Of a stretch of 64,000 bases of DNA, positions 21,279 through 31,198 are shown one piece after another. The first letter of the stretch is position 1, and every line of letters starts with the position of its first letter. This DNA is from Anabaena sphaerica FACHB-251. GTDB lineage: Bacteria > Cyanobacteriota > Cyanobacteriia > Cyanobacteriales > Nostocaceae. Where the stretch lies: contig NZ_JACJQU010000006.1 of assembly GCF_014696825.1 (NCBI RefSeq), forward strand, positions 24,542-88,541, in the 5' to 3' direction. A program made the position numbers and the translations under genes. Below the pieces are notes generated by a model. That model made no database searches. It was not told the DNA's origin and saw nothing but the letters and a program-made list of their open reading frames with translations.

Positions 21279-21605
21279 TTAGCAAATATATTTAGTCACA
21301 TCTTCGCCACATTCATCAGCAAGATATGACAAAGCCCGAAATCGTAGAGCGACAACCTCGTTATACAAAGGATTGATTTTGCAAAGTGCTGGAATATGGA
21401 AAGTGCGCCCGAATAAATTAATATCTCGCTCGAAGGGACAGCAGCAGGGAATTACCCGACAAATTAGATGAGCGAGGCGAGAATTTTTGATTTGAATTCC
21501 ATCTACCAATCGTCGTAGAGGGTTAAGGATATCGAAAGAGCCGGGTTTTTTATAGTTAGGTGGATGATAGTTAGGGTGAGGATGGGAGTGATGAATAGAT
21601 GCCAT
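21279..21605 (-). CDS. Mo-dependent nitrogenase C-terminal-domain-like small protein (between nifK and nifE)
   Basis: 108 aa Cys-rich (CRVIPCCCPFERD) ORF in conserved position. Confidence 0.45.
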   Translation of the reverse strand: MASIHHSHPHPNYHPPNYKKPGSFDILNPLRRLVDGIQIKNSRLAHLICRVIPCCCPFERDINLFGRTFHIPALCKINPLYNEVVALRFRALSYLADECGEDVTKYIC

Positions 21606-21765
21606 AAGACAAACCTAAGATAACTACAATTAAGAAAACATTCAGGGAGGTAAAAATTGGGAATTATTGGGAATTGGGAATTGGGAAATAATACCCAATC
21701 CCCATATATTCTTGAATCTTGTTTGTGGGTGGGGAAACCCCAACCCTACATACTGAGTGAAGAAA

Positions 21766-23301
21766 TTACCGAACTAAGTCGTAAGAAATATCGGTTTGAC
21801 CAGGAATATTGGTGGTGCGATCTATTTCTTCAAAGAGAGTGTTAACAATCCAGCTAAGTAAGTTAATCACGCCTTTGTAACCAACGGTAGCGTAACGGTG
21901 GTAGTGGTGACGATCCATGATAGGATAACCAATTCTTACCAAAGGTACACCGCAATCACGCCACAGGTACTTACCGTAGGAGTTACCAATTAACAGGTCT
22001 ACTGGTTCTGTGAACAACAATGATCTCATGTGCCACAAGTCTTTACCACCCCAGATTTTAGCGGACTTACCGAACACGCTAGAATCTAACAATGCTTGCA
22101 GTTCTTTCTCAAATACTTCATTGGTGTTGTGAACCAAGATATGTACTGGTTCAGCACCCATTTCCAACATGAAACCAACTACGCTGTAAACTAAGTCAGG
22201 ATCACCGTAGATAGCGAAACGCTTACCATGCAACCAAGCATGAGAGTCGGTCATAGCGTCAACTGCACGACCACGTTCAATTTCCAATTCTTCAGGAATA
22301 GCCTTACCAGTCAATTCGCTGAGTTTCATCAAGAACTCGTCAGTTCCCTTGATACCCCAAGGACGAGAAACACAAACGTCTTGCTTCCATTCCTTAGCGA
22401 TGTATTCACGGGTCTTGGAAGTGGAGTAAGCTTGGAGAGCAACAGTAGCCTTAGCGTTGATGGAATCTGCTGCATCTTCTAGCTTAGTACCACCTGGGTA
22501 CATATTGAATTCACCATCGCAAGGTGAGTCAACATAATCGCTGTTATCAGACAACAAGGTGTAGTCAATACCCATCAAAGAAGCAATCCGCTTAACTTCG
22601 CGGTTGTTTTCTACGTAGGTATCAAAACCAGGGATGAAGTTGATTTTACCGTTGCTCTTAGCTGTCTTCTTACCTGCGGTCAGGGTAGAAAGAATTCCCT
22701 TCATCATGTTGTCGTAACCAGTGATGTGGGAACCAACGAAGCTAGGTGTGTGAGCAAAAGGTACTGGTAAATCTTGAGGAACTGAACCAGCTTCTTTAGC
22801 GTTACCGATGAAAGACTGTAAGTCATCACCGATAACTTCTGCCATACAGGTGGTGCAAACTGCAATCATCTTGGGATTGTATAGCTTGTAGGAGTTAGCC
22901 AAGCCATCAATCATGTTTTGCAGACCACCGAACACAGCAGCGTCTTCTGTCATGGAAGAAGAAACGCCGGAGAATGGTTCTTTATAGTGACGGGTTAAGT
23001 GGGTACGGAAGTAAGCCACACAACCTTGAGAACCTTGAACGAAGGGAAGAGTACCTTCAAAACCTACAGCCGCAAACATAGCGCCTAGAGGTTGACAACC
23101 TTTAGCGGGGTTAACGGTTAAAGCTGTACGTTCAAAGTTCTTTTCACGATATTCCCAGCTTTTTGTCCATTCGGCAACCCGTTGAACTTCTTCAGAAGGG
23201 TGAGCATTTTCAAACTGTTTCTTGTTTTCAAACAGTTGTTGGTATTCTGGCTGATGGAATAGCTCAACGTGGTCTTGAATCTTGTCTGGATTCTGAGGCA
23301 T
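21766..23301 (-). CDS. nifK: Nitrogenase MoFe protein beta subunit NifK
   Basis: Start set at [24 protein letters not shown] (the ORF track extends 30 codons upstream); 511 aa. Confidence 0.9.
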   Translation of the reverse strand: MPQNPDKIQDHVELFHQPEYQQLFENKKQFENAHPSEEVQRVAEWTKSWEYREKNFERTALTVNPAKGCQPLGAMFAAVGFEGTLPFVQGSQGCVAYFRTHLTRHYKEPFSGVSSSMTEDAAVFGGLQNMIDGLANSYKLYNPKMIAVCTTCMAEVIGDDLQSFIGNAKEAGSVPQDLPVPFAHTPSFVGSHITGYDNMMKGILSTLTAGKKTAKSNGKINFIPGFDTYVENNREVKRIASLMGIDYTLLSDNSDYVDSPCDGEFNMYPGGTKLEDAADSINAKATVALQAYSTSKTREYIAKEWKQDVCVSRPWGIKGTDEFLMKLSELTGKAIPEELEIERGRAVDAMTDSHAWLHGKRFAIYGDPDLVYSVVGFMLEMGAEPVHILVHNTNEVFEKELQALLDSSVFGKSAKIWGGKDLWHMRSLLFTEPVDLLIGNSYGKYLWRDCGVPLVRIGYPIMDRHHYHRYATVGYKGVINLLSWIVNTLFEEIDRTTNIPGQTDISYDLVR

Positions 23302-23517
23302 TTCTAGTTCTCCAAGCTTGCTGTGTGTTGTGTTTGCGGTCGGTGGGGTGTCCTTGCCCGTTTTTGGTGGAGAGTGGGGAATGTGGCTCAAAATTCAGAA
23401 TGCAAAATCCAAAACTTAGAATTTTTAATTTTGAATCTTGAATTCCCAACTCCCCCCTGGGGACAAACCCCAGGCTTTCCCTGTACGGGCAGGGTTTGCC
23501 CCTACTATTTCTGTTCT

Positions 23518-23664
23518 CTAAACGGAAGCTTTAGCTTTAGCCTTAGCTTGAGCTTTTTTGTTCCAGGGAGCGCCGATTAATCCCCAGGTTGGGCTGTTGA
23601 GCGCCAAATCCATGTCACGAGCGAAGATTGCGAATCCGTCGTAACCGTGGTAAGGACCGGAGTA
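23518..23664 (-). CDS. nifD: nifD 3' segment (codons for ...[48 protein letters not shown]), separated from the rest of nifD by the nifD element
   Basis: Reverse translation in frame gives canonical NifD C-terminus ending at TAG (23518-23520). The shared TACTCCG core at 23658..23664 matches 38490..38496. Confidence 0.85.
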   Translation of the reverse strand, partial: YSGPYHGYDGFAIFARDMDLALNSPTWGLIGAPWNKKAQAKAKAKASV

Positions 23665-23942
23665 TTTCTTTTGCTGGTTTAATAGCTTTTGACTTCGCTA
23701 TGTTTGCAGTGAGCTATGTCAGCGATAAACTATGTTTGCAGCTAACACATTTATTTTTAGTCTAAATATAGTCTAATACCAAGCTCTCGTTCCCTGTCTG
23801 AGCCGGGGAATGCCTCAGTTAGAGACTCTGCCTCCGCTGACGACAGTCGAGGTAGAACCTCATCATTTGCATTCCCAGCCAGAGTCTGGGAACGAGAAAA
23901 TTAAGTTTCGCGCAAAGGCGCAGAGGAGTAAAGGCGCAAAGG

Positions 23943-25244
23943 ATGAAAGAACAGCTATTATGGGAATTAGAACAAGTAAATCTGCGTTTGAAGTCTGCAA
24001 AGACCAGAGTAACAATTCGAGAATCTAATGGATGTCTGCAATTACGGGCAACTTTACCCATTAAGCCAGGAGATGAGGATACAAGGGGAACTGGGAAAAA
24101 GCAATACAATCTCAGTTTGAATATTCCCGCAAATTTACCAGGATTGAAAACTGCGGAGGAGGAAGCTTATGAGTTAGGGAAGTTAATTGCTAGAAAAAGT
24201 TTTGTTTGGAATGATAAATATTTAGGAAATGAGGCAATTAAAAAGGATTTACGAACTATTGGTGAGTTATTGGTAAGGTTTGAGGAAGAATATTTTAAAA
24301 CCCATAAACGCACGACTAAAAGTGAACATAGTTTTTTTTATTATTTTTCTCGAATTAAGCGTTATACAAATGCTGATGATTTGGCAAATGGGGAAGTTTT
24401 AATTCAAGCGATTGAGAAAATAGATAAGGAATGGGCTAGATATAATGCTGTGAGGGCTATTTCTGTTTTTTGTCAACTTTTTAAAATTGATATTAATTTA
24501 ACTAGTTATTCTAAAGTTCCTGAAAGTAATTCTCGGAATGTTCCTACTGATAAGGAAATAGTTACTGGATTTTACAAGTTTGATGAATATCTAAATAATC
24601 GCGGTAAACAAGTTAATCAAGATGTGAAAGATAGTTGGCAACTTTGGCGATGGATTTATGGAATGTTAGCGGTTTTTGGTCTACGTCCCAGGGAACTTTT
24701 TGTTAATCCTCATATTGATTGGTGGTTGAGTAATGAAAATACAGATTTAACTTGGAAGGTTGATAAAGATTGTAAAACTGGTGAAAGGGAAGCTTTACCT
24801 TTATATAAGGAATGGATTGATGAATTTGATTTAAGGAATCCGAAGTATTTAGAAATGTTGGTAACAGCAATTAGTAAAAAAGACCAAAATAATCATGCAG
24901 AAATCACGGCTTTAATTCAAAGGGTGAGTTGGTGGTTTAGAAAAATTGGTTTAGATTTTAAACCCTATGATTTACGTCATGGTTGGGCAATTCGAGCGCA
25001 TATTTTGGGAGTTCCTATTAAGGCTGCGGCGGATAATTTGGGTCATAGTGTCCAAATTCATACGAAAACTTATCAACGTTGGTTTTCTTTAGATATGCGG
25101 AAGTTAGCAATAAATCAGGCTTTGAGTAAGCGGAATGAAGTGGATTTGATTAAGGATGAAAATACTGGGTTGAAAATGGAGAATGAACGGTTGAAGATTG
25201 AGGTAGAGAAGTTGAGGATGGAAATGGTTTATAAACGGAGTTAA
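23943..25244 (+). CDS. xisA: XisA-family site-specific tyrosine recombinase (nifD-element excisase)
   Basis: 433 aa, paralogous to the 40635..41990 ORF (LPIKPGD...TAEEEA.ELGKLIARK.FVWNDKYLG; WQLWRWIYGMLA.FGLRP; RHGWAIRAH.LG.PIKAAADNLGHSV). Sits about 280 bp inside the nifK-proximal border. Confidence 0.8.
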   Translation: MKEQLLWELEQVNLRLKSAKTRVTIRESNGCLQLRATLPIKPGDEDTRGTGKKQYNLSLNIPANLPGLKTAEEEAYELGKLIARKSFVWNDKYLGNEAIKKDLRTIGELLVRFEEEYFKTHKRTTKSEHSFFYYFSRIKRYTNADDLANGEVLIQAIEKIDKEWARYNAVRAISVFCQLFKIDINLTSYSKVPESNSRNVPTDKEIVTGFYKFDEYLNNRGKQVNQDVKDSWQLWRWIYGMLAVFGLRPRELFVNPHIDWWLSNENTDLTWKVDKDCKTGEREALPLYKEWIDEFDLRNPKYLEMLVTAISKKDQNNHAEITALIQRVSWWFRKIGLDFKPYDLRHGWAIRAHILGVPIKAAADNLGHSVQIHTKTYQRWFSLDMRKLAINQALSKRNEVDLIKDENTGLKMENERLKIEVEKLRMEMVYKRS

Positions 25245-25260
25245 GTAATGCACCATAACA

Positions 25261-25602
25261 CTATTTAAATGCTTCAATTTGATCCGAATAAACATTAATT
25301 AGCTTGTGATCAATAACTAACATTTCAATCTCTGGACAAACTCTAGCTAGAAATGAGTGAAATTCACGTTTTCGCATATTCCCAAAACGTAGATGCACTA
25401 TTTTAGGTGGAGAAGAATCAACCATCAAGCGATCTGAAAAATCAGCATCTTTAGTAACAATCACCAATTCTTTTTCCTTTGCATACTCCCAGATTTGGGT
25501 ATCACTTGGACTATTCCCTAAAATAGAAACATGAATGACGGGTAAAGATGGAGTAAATTGGACTTTAGTGGGAAGTTTTTCATCAAATAAAAACCCATTC
25601 AT
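25261..25602 (-). CDS. DUF5615 (PIN-like) protein, putative toxin of DUF433/DUF5615 pair
   Basis: Start chosen at MNGFLFDEK so that ATG overlaps stop of upstream DUF433 gene (ATGA-type coupling); ORF track extends to 25659. Confidence 0.55.
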   Translation of the reverse strand: MNGFLFDEKLPTKVQFTPSLPVIHVSILGNSPSDTQIWEYAKEKELVIVTKDADFSDRLMVDSSPPKIVHLRFGNMRKREFHSFLARVCPEIEMLVIDHKLINVYSDQIEAFK

Positions 25603-25823
25603 GCAATTTTTCTCACTTCGTAATGATTCCCCATCAATTTTGCCGCGAATTGGATGCAAGCATAAATATCTTCTCTTTCTAAAGATGGGTATTCTTCTAG
25701 AACTTCTTCGATAGAATCACCTGCACCTAAAAATTCTATAATTGTTTGTACAGAAATTCGAGTGTTTGTAATAACAGGTCTGCCATTGCAAATATCTGGA
25801 TGAATAGTTATTCGCTTTTCCAT
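25599..25823 (-). CDS. DUF433 protein, putative antitoxin
   Basis: 74 aa; ICNGRPVITNTRISVQTIIEFL..G.SIEEVLEEYP.L.REDIYA DUF433 signature. Confidence 0.65.
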   Translation of the reverse strand: MEKRITIHPDICNGRPVITNTRISVQTIIEFLGAGDSIEEVLEEYPSLEREDIYACIQFAAKLMGNHYEVRKIA

Positions 25824-25974
25824 AACGATTTTTCCTTTTTATAGACCTAGTGTTAAGTAGATAACAATAATATTATTTTACATCATTGTTAGCAAATTGT
25901 CATCATTTTTGAATAAAAGTTATTTTTTTCGGATTAAGTTTAGTTAGTGAACAAGAGAAGTTAAGTTGTATTAA

Positions 25975-26069
25975 TAAAGATGGAAATACAGGGTTGGAAA
26001 ATGGAGAATGAAAGGTTGAAGATTGAGGTAGAGAAGTTGAGGATGGAGATGGTTTATAAACGCAGTTAA
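25975..26069 (+). repeat. approx 95-bp duplicate of the xisA 3' end (approx 90% identical to 25150..25244)
   Basis: Direct alignment: ...GGTTGAAGATTGAGGTAGAGAAGTTGAGGATGGA.ATGGTTTATAAACG.AGTTAAG in both. Flanks the DUF433/DUF5615 cassette. Confidence 0.8.
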
Positions 26070-26141
26070 GTTTGGGTAATCAAGAATTTCATTTTTGTGT
26101 GATGTGGTATAATTAGTTTATCAACAATAATCAAAATCTTT

Positions 26142-26400
26142 ATGCAAGCTACTGATATTGGGACACTAATTATTAAATCATCAGACACTTTAGGGGGTCG
26201 TCCTCGGATTGCTGGTACTAGAGTTTCTGTGCAACGAATTACAGCTTGGTACAAAAGTCGAGATACTCCTTCTGGAAACATTTGTCTCCCCAGGTTTTGT
26301 AAATCTGGTATCTCTGGAGGACATTGAATAATGGGATGAGTCAAAGTTAGAATTTGACCTTCACTAAGACATCTCTCCCTGTCTACATGATAGAAAATTG
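26142..26400 (+). pseudogene. Degenerate second DUF433 gene (frameshift after about 50 codons) with decayed downstream partner
   Basis: GGRPRIAGTRVSVQRI is the DUF433 core. Alternative frame continues ...PGFVNLVSLEDIE*, indicating a frameshift. Confidence 0.5.
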
Positions 26401-26534
26401 GCATTTTTATCAATCTTTATCTAAATAATCTTATTAGTATAGCTTGCGTTGTTGCCTAGTACAATATACTATACTAACAAGACTTAGCTAAAATCTAGGA
26501 ATATAATCTACTTTGTGAAATAATATCTTTTGTT

Positions 26535-27053
26535 ATGAGTGATATCAAATCTGGTAGCATCGAATTTCATGATTACCCATCTTTAGAATCAGATGAAGAG
26601 TACAAATTTGAGGTTCTACATTCTGGTCAAGTAATTGGGATTGCTCACGTCAAATGTATGCAGGATCAACAGGGAAAGTTTTGGCATCTAGATAACTTGT
26701 TCGTTCAGATAAAACATCGTAATCATGGATATGGAACTAAATTGCTTAATCATCTTCGCCATTACCTTTGGAGCATGGATAGACTAAGAATTCGAGTTCA
26801 CCCGGCTATTGGACAACAAGCAATGGAGGCGTTAGTCGAGAAATTACAACACAATAAGGAAATATACACTGAGGAAGAACTAGACGCTATGGATAAAGAA
26901 CTGTATCTGGCAATGCAGCAACCTGATTTTTGGCAAAAGCAAGCAGAGATAAGCGAGACTCAAGATAGTAAAGAACTTGTTGAATGGTATCGTAAGCGCG
27001 AATTTACACATGATGACCCGGATGGAAAGCATCTATGGTGTTATTCTGAATAA
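26535..27053 (+). CDS. GNAT-family N-acetyltransferase
   Basis: 172 aa; V..HR..GYGTKLL..L acetyl-CoA-binding motif region. Confidence 0.5.
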   Translation: MSDIKSGSIEFHDYPSLESDEEYKFEVLHSGQVIGIAHVKCMQDQQGKFWHLDNLFVQIKHRNHGYGTKLLNHLRHYLWSMDRLRIRVHPAIGQQAMEALVEKLQHNKEIYTEEELDAMDKELYLAMQQPDFWQKQAEISETQDSKELVEWYRKREFTHDDPDGKHLWCYSE

Positions 27054-27157
27054 AATGTGATCGCATTTCTTCTATATGGGAGTGCGATCAGACTTTCCTA
27101 AATCCCAATACCAAAAAACTGCTTAAATAAAATAAGCTAACCGTTATATGTCAGGAT

Positions 27158-28291
27158 ATGCTAGAAAAAGTAATACTTCATAATTTCAAAAGTCATAAAT
27201 CTACAGAACTTAATTTCGATAGTTCTCGATTACATGGACTCGTAGGAAAAAACAGTGCTGGTAAAACAACTGTTCTACAAGCATTGCATAATCTAAGTAG
27301 GCTTGCTGCTTCACAATTTAAAAATATTTTTCAGTATGATAAATCACCTGAATTTCTCACAACAATGGGGAAAAAAAATATGTCTGTCACTGCTAGTGGT
27401 TTTTGGGGATCTACCAATCGGCAGAATTGGCAAGCTTCTTATAGTTGGAAGCAGCAAAATATTGATTATTGGCATCCAACAGCATCATGGAACATAGATA
27501 AAAAAGAATATAGTTTGGAAGGATGGAAAAAATCATTAAGTGAAGCTCCATATCCAATTCCGCAATCTTTGAAATATGCTGTTTACCTCAAATTAGTTGC
27601 AAGTAATCTTGCCAAAGCAGCTTACAGTGAAGAAATTACGCCAAGAGTTGAGTTTGATGGTTCGTTATTAGCACCAACTTTAGATTTTTTGCGTAATGAA
27701 GCTCCAGATAAATTTCAATTAATAGAAGAAAAATTGAGTCGGATTGTCCCAAATGTACGCAGAATTGGCATCAAGCGAGCAAAAGTTTCAGTCATTCGTA
27801 AACGTTTAATCGAAGTTGATGGTAAGTCTATTTCTTATGATGAAACTCAGGAAATGGCAGGTCAAGAAGTTATATTAGATATGAATACAGGTGAACGTAT
27901 TCCAGCCCATGCAATTAGCGAAGGAACAATGTTAACTTTAGGATTATTAACTGTATTAATGAATCCTAATCAACCTAATTTAGTTTTATTAGATGATGTA
28001 GAACAGGGACTTCATCCTAAAGCACAACGTGAGTTAATGACTGTTTTTAAAGAAATCATTGCTGAAAATCCCAACTTGCAAATTATTTTCTCTACTCATT
28101 CTCCTTATATTATTGATGAACTTGTTCCTTCTCAAGTCCATATATTAAATAACAGTAATTCAGGTTTCACAATTGCCAAACGTTTGGATGAACATCCTGA
28201 TGTAGAATGGGCAAAAGAAACATTAACAACTGGTGAATTTTGGGATGCTGAAGGTGAAGATTGGGTGGTAGAAGGAGAAGTCAGTGATTGA
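27158..28291 (+). CDS. ABC-type AAA ATPase (AAA_21/AAA_15-like; OLD/PARIS AriA-like)
   Basis: 377 aa; Walker A GKNSAGKTT at N-terminus, Walker B LVLLDDVEQGLHP and STHSP H-loop at C-terminus. Stop overlaps start of next gene. Confidence 0.75.
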   Translation: MLEKVILHNFKSHKSTELNFDSSRLHGLVGKNSAGKTTVLQALHNLSRLAASQFKNIFQYDKSPEFLTTMGKKNMSVTASGFWGSTNRQNWQASYSWKQQNIDYWHPTASWNIDKKEYSLEGWKKSLSEAPYPIPQSLKYAVYLKLVASNLAKAAYSEEITPRVEFDGSLLAPTLDFLRNEAPDKFQLIEEKLSRIVPNVRRIGIKRAKVSVIRKRLIEVDGKSISYDETQEMAGQEVILDMNTGERIPAHAISEGTMLTLGLLTVLMNPNQPNLVLLDDVEQGLHPKAQRELMTVFKEIIAENPNLQIIFSTHSPYIIDELVPSQVHILNNSNSGFTIAKRLDEHPDVEWAKETLTTGEFWDAEGEDWVVEGEVSD

Positions 28292-29060
28292 GTTTATTGT
28301 CATAGTTGAAAGTGGTGCAGATGCCAGAACAGCGACTAAATTAGCCGAGCGCGTTTTAAAGGAAAAATTCGATTGGTTAGATGATGATATTCTGCAACAT
28401 TGTTTTCAGTGGACTGGTTTAGAGGAAGGGACAGAATTTTCTTGCTGGAGAGACATTATAAAAATAATTGATGATGCAAAATCACAAATAAAATATAAAC
28501 CTTCCAGATTTTTAGGACATGATAGTAAGGGTGTACCCTTGAAAGCTGATGGAGCAGCATCTATCAAGATTCTTAATTTGGTAAGGTTTCTGCAAAAAAC
28601 TCGACAGATTAAAGCTGTTATATTTATCCGTGATTTAGATAATCAACCGGAACGTAAAGAAGGAATTGAACAAGCACGTTCAGAACATATTAATAAAACC
28701 TCGAAATTAGAAATTGTCATTGGTGCGGCTGATCCAAAACGTGAAGCATGGGTTTTAAATGGCTTTATTCCCTTTAATCAACAAGAGGAACAAATTCTAG
28801 AAGAAATCAAAAATAAATTGAGTTTTGATCCTTGCATAGAGTCTCACAGATTACGTGCTACTTCAGAGAAAGAACCTGAACGAATGAGAAATGTAAAAGT
28901 AGTAGTTGAACAGCTAACAGGAAACGATATGGAACGGGAAAAGCAGTGTTGGGAAGATACAGATTTAAAACATCTACGAGAAAGGGGAGTTGATACGGGT
29001 TTAACAGATTATATTCAAGAAGTTGAGGAACGATTAGCTGCAATTATTTTGTCTGATTAA
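28284..29060 (+). CDS. TOPRIM-like small partner protein (OLD C-terminal/AriB/DUF4276-like candidate nuclease)
   Basis: 258 aa; N-terminal beta-strand plus Glu (IVIVESG) and later DxD (AVIFIRDLDN), the catalytic layout of TOPRIM. 8-bp overlap with ATPase gene. Confidence 0.45.
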   Translation: MIEFIVIVESGADARTATKLAERVLKEKFDWLDDDILQHCFQWTGLEEGTEFSCWRDIIKIIDDAKSQIKYKPSRFLGHDSKGVPLKADGAASIKILNLVRFLQKTRQIKAVIFIRDLDNQPERKEGIEQARSEHINKTSKLEIVIGAADPKREAWVLNGFIPFNQQEEQILEEIKNKLSFDPCIESHRLRATSEKEPERMRNVKVVVEQLTGNDMEREKQCWEDTDLKHLRERGVDTGLTDYIQEVEERLAAIILSD

Positions 29061-29147
29061 ACTGAGTAAAAGCTATTATAAAATGATACAACATATCAAA
29101 ATTATCAAATCTCTAGGAAATAGTAGGTTACTAATTTTTAATTGGTA

Positions 29148-29552
29148 TTAACCTTTATTCCCAGCCCAAAGAATAGCAGTATCTTGATACTCTTTAAACA
29201 TTGAATCCGCTGTCACCAGAATCATACTTTCCATCTGTGCTTGTGCAATGAGCATTCTGTCAAAAGGATCTCCATGATGCAAAGGTAAAGCCACCGTTCT
29301 GAGTGCATGGGAAGCTGTAATTTCCAAAGATTTCGCCCCCAATTTCATCATGCGGCTAGAAATGTAACTATCCAGTGGTTCTGGTAATGGTAACTTACCA
29401 ATTGCAACTTTTATCCCCATTTCCCACACACTAGCAACAGAAAACCATAGTTCATTGCTTTCATCAGCAATATGTGCGATCGCCTCTTCATGCAAACGCT
29501 CAGGTTCAGCAAACCACCATAAAAAACACTGTGTATCCAGTAAAAGCTTCAC
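29148..29552 (-). CDS. vapC: PIN-domain ribonuclease toxin VapC
   Basis: 134 aa; MKLLLDTQ... PIN acidic residues; 4-bp overlap with upstream antitoxin. Confidence 0.8.
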   Translation of the reverse strand: MKLLLDTQCFLWWFAEPERLHEEAIAHIADESNELWFSVASVWEMGIKVAIGKLPLPEPLDSYISSRMMKLGAKSLEITASHALRTVALPLHHGDPFDRMLIAQAQMESMILVTADSMFKEYQDTAILWAGNKG

Positions 29553-29794
29553 TCCTCATTCCCCTCAAACGCTGCTAAAATGTCCTCTGCTAAAGGTGCA
29601 TTAAAGTCTTCTGGAATTACAAATTTTCCTCGATCTTGTCCTAAACTATCCCGTCGTTGAGACGAGACACTAAACGGAACTAATTTAGCGATGGGAATAC
29701 CCCGGTTACAAATAATGATTTCTTCCCCATGTTCTACACGGGATAATAGACGTGAAAGATTCGTTTTAGCTTGATGGATATTTACGGTTTCCAC
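29549..29794 (-). CDS. Phd/YefM-type antitoxin
   Basis: 81 aa; METVNIHQAKTNLSRLL..V..GEEIIICNRG.P.AKLVP. Confidence 0.7.
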   Translation of the reverse strand: METVNIHQAKTNLSRLLSRVEHGEEIIICNRGIPIAKLVPFSVSSQRRDSLGQDRGKFVIPEDFNAPLAEDILAAFEGNEE

Positions 29795-30097
29795 AGGTTT
29801 TTAGCTAAGTCTACAAACTTAGTTTACTTTGATTCTCAGATTTTGGCAAGAATTAAAAAGTTACGATCAACACTAACTTATCTTAACTCTGTAGCGATCG
29901 CCTATTACTGGTAAATTTCTGTAAATGTTACACTGTAGGCGATCGCATTTTAATCGAAATCATGGCAGACATATCTTTTACTGACAAAAGCAACATCTCT
30001 GAAATCATTAATTACTTTAACGTTGTTTCCGAAATCATCTCATTTATCAGTGTATATATAGTGTATCCAGTAATTATCAACCATTTAACAGGAAACT

Positions 30098-30496
30098 ATG
30101 CAAAATTTTTTTCAAAAGTTACTCCAATTGCCATCTGGTGAATGGAATCAAATACAAAAAGAAGCACTAATTGATTTGTGTCTTTTGGGAATGTACTCAG
30201 ATGACAGGATTTCACTAGCTGAACAAGATTTTATTGAAGATGAATATACACAACTAAAGTGGGAATCTGGAATCTCATTTAGTGGATATTTGCAGAGAAC
30301 AATTCCCAAAATTAGAAGTGTGAAAAATAATTCTCAAAAAACAAACGAGTTACTTCAGGATATCGCTAACCGCTTGCAAGATGATAAATTAAAATCCCAG
30401 GCTGTTGCTGAACTAGAAAAGCTTTTATCTACTGATGGAATTATAAATTTAGAAGAAAAATTTCTCAGTAAAGTCAAAACAGTTATGGGTATTTAA
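30098..30496 (+). CDS. Hypothetical protein, TerB-like (132 aa)
   Basis: Weak resemblance to TerB/DjlA N-terminal domain; intact ORF. Confidence 0.35.
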   Translation: MQNFFQKLLQLPSGEWNQIQKEALIDLCLLGMYSDDRISLAEQDFIEDEYTQLKWESGISFSGYLQRTIPKIRSVKNNSQKTNELLQDIANRLQDDKLKSQAVAELEKLLSTDGIINLEEKFLSKVKTVMGI

Positions 30497-30645
30497 CCCT
30501 GTGCTACATCTACACATTTGACAATATGCTACATTTAGAATGGGATAGTAAAAAAGTCACAAAGCTACAGTTTAGGTTCTATCTACCTAACTGGTGCGCC
30601 AAACCATAGTATGAGCGTATACCGCCGAGTGCTTTAAACTATATC

Positions 30646-30725
30646 GTTTGATTAGCTCAGTTGGTAGAGCAGTTGACTCTTAATTGATCAATGCGTCACA
30701 GGTTCGACTCCTGTATCAAACCCCA
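30646..30725 (+). tRNA. tRNA-like gene 1 (perfect acceptor and D/T arms, enlarged/aberrant anticodon region, CCA encoded)
   Basis: GTTTGAT-TA-GCTCAGTTGGTAGAGC ... ACAGGTTCGACTCCTGT-ATCAAAC-C-CCA. Anticodon arm cannot be folded canonically (about 4 extra nt). Confidence 0.45.
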
Positions 30726-30800
30726 GGAAGTTAGCTCAATTGGTAGAGCAGTTGACTATTAATCAACCTGTAGCAGGTTCGATTCCTGCACTTTCAACCA
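30725..30800 (+). tRNA. tRNA-like gene 2 (76 nt cloverleaf, anticodon loop CTATTAA, A1:A72 mismatch, CCA encoded)
   Basis: AGGAAGT-TA-GCTCAATTGGTAGAGC-A-GTTGA-CTATTAA-TCAAC-CTGTA-GCAGGTTCGATTCCTGC-ACTTTCA-A-CCA. Unusual anticodon AUU. Confidence 0.45.
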
Positions 30801-31198
30801 ACCCTGTCCGGGTTACAGGACACTACTTATGGGAAGTAGCAAGTGGCAAAGGAGAAATCCTGCGGTTCAACTCCGCAATTATCACCAACTCTGCGGTGCA
30901 AGTATTTTGCTTGTCTTCATTACTCGCAAGAGTAACGTTTGCAAGCAGCAGTTAATGAGTTCGCGCAACTGCATTCCTCCCTAACTTGAGTATATCCTTC
31001 AACTTGCCAATGGCAAAACAAAGTTTATTTGCCAAAAGCAAAATGAACGGTATATTTGATGGTTGTTCTTTAATTGAGTAGCTACGGAGCAGCTTAGTTA
31101 AAATTACATCTATCTTCATCCAGTTTTTGAGTAGCTTTTGCCCACCCAACGACTGTAACACTTACTTGCATTTGCAGAGTTTCTAAAAATTTTGTATT

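Noticed and set aside
21657-21845. 62-aa ORF MGIIGNWELGNN...
   Set aside because: It is built largely from the GGGAATT heptamer repeat and overlaps the 3' end of nifK on the opposite strand.
26066-26413. 115-aa minus-strand ORF spanning the xisA-repeat/DUF433 remnant
   Set aside because: It overlaps a plus-strand DUF433 remnant with clear family motifs, has no recognisable domain, and is most likely a chance ORF across decayed sequence.
30840-30900. A third complete tRNA gene after the tandem tRNA-like pair
   Set aside because: Only a T-arm and acceptor 3' half with CCA are recognisable. No matching 5' acceptor strand (GATAATT) or D-arm was found upstream. It is kept only as a possible att-site remnant.
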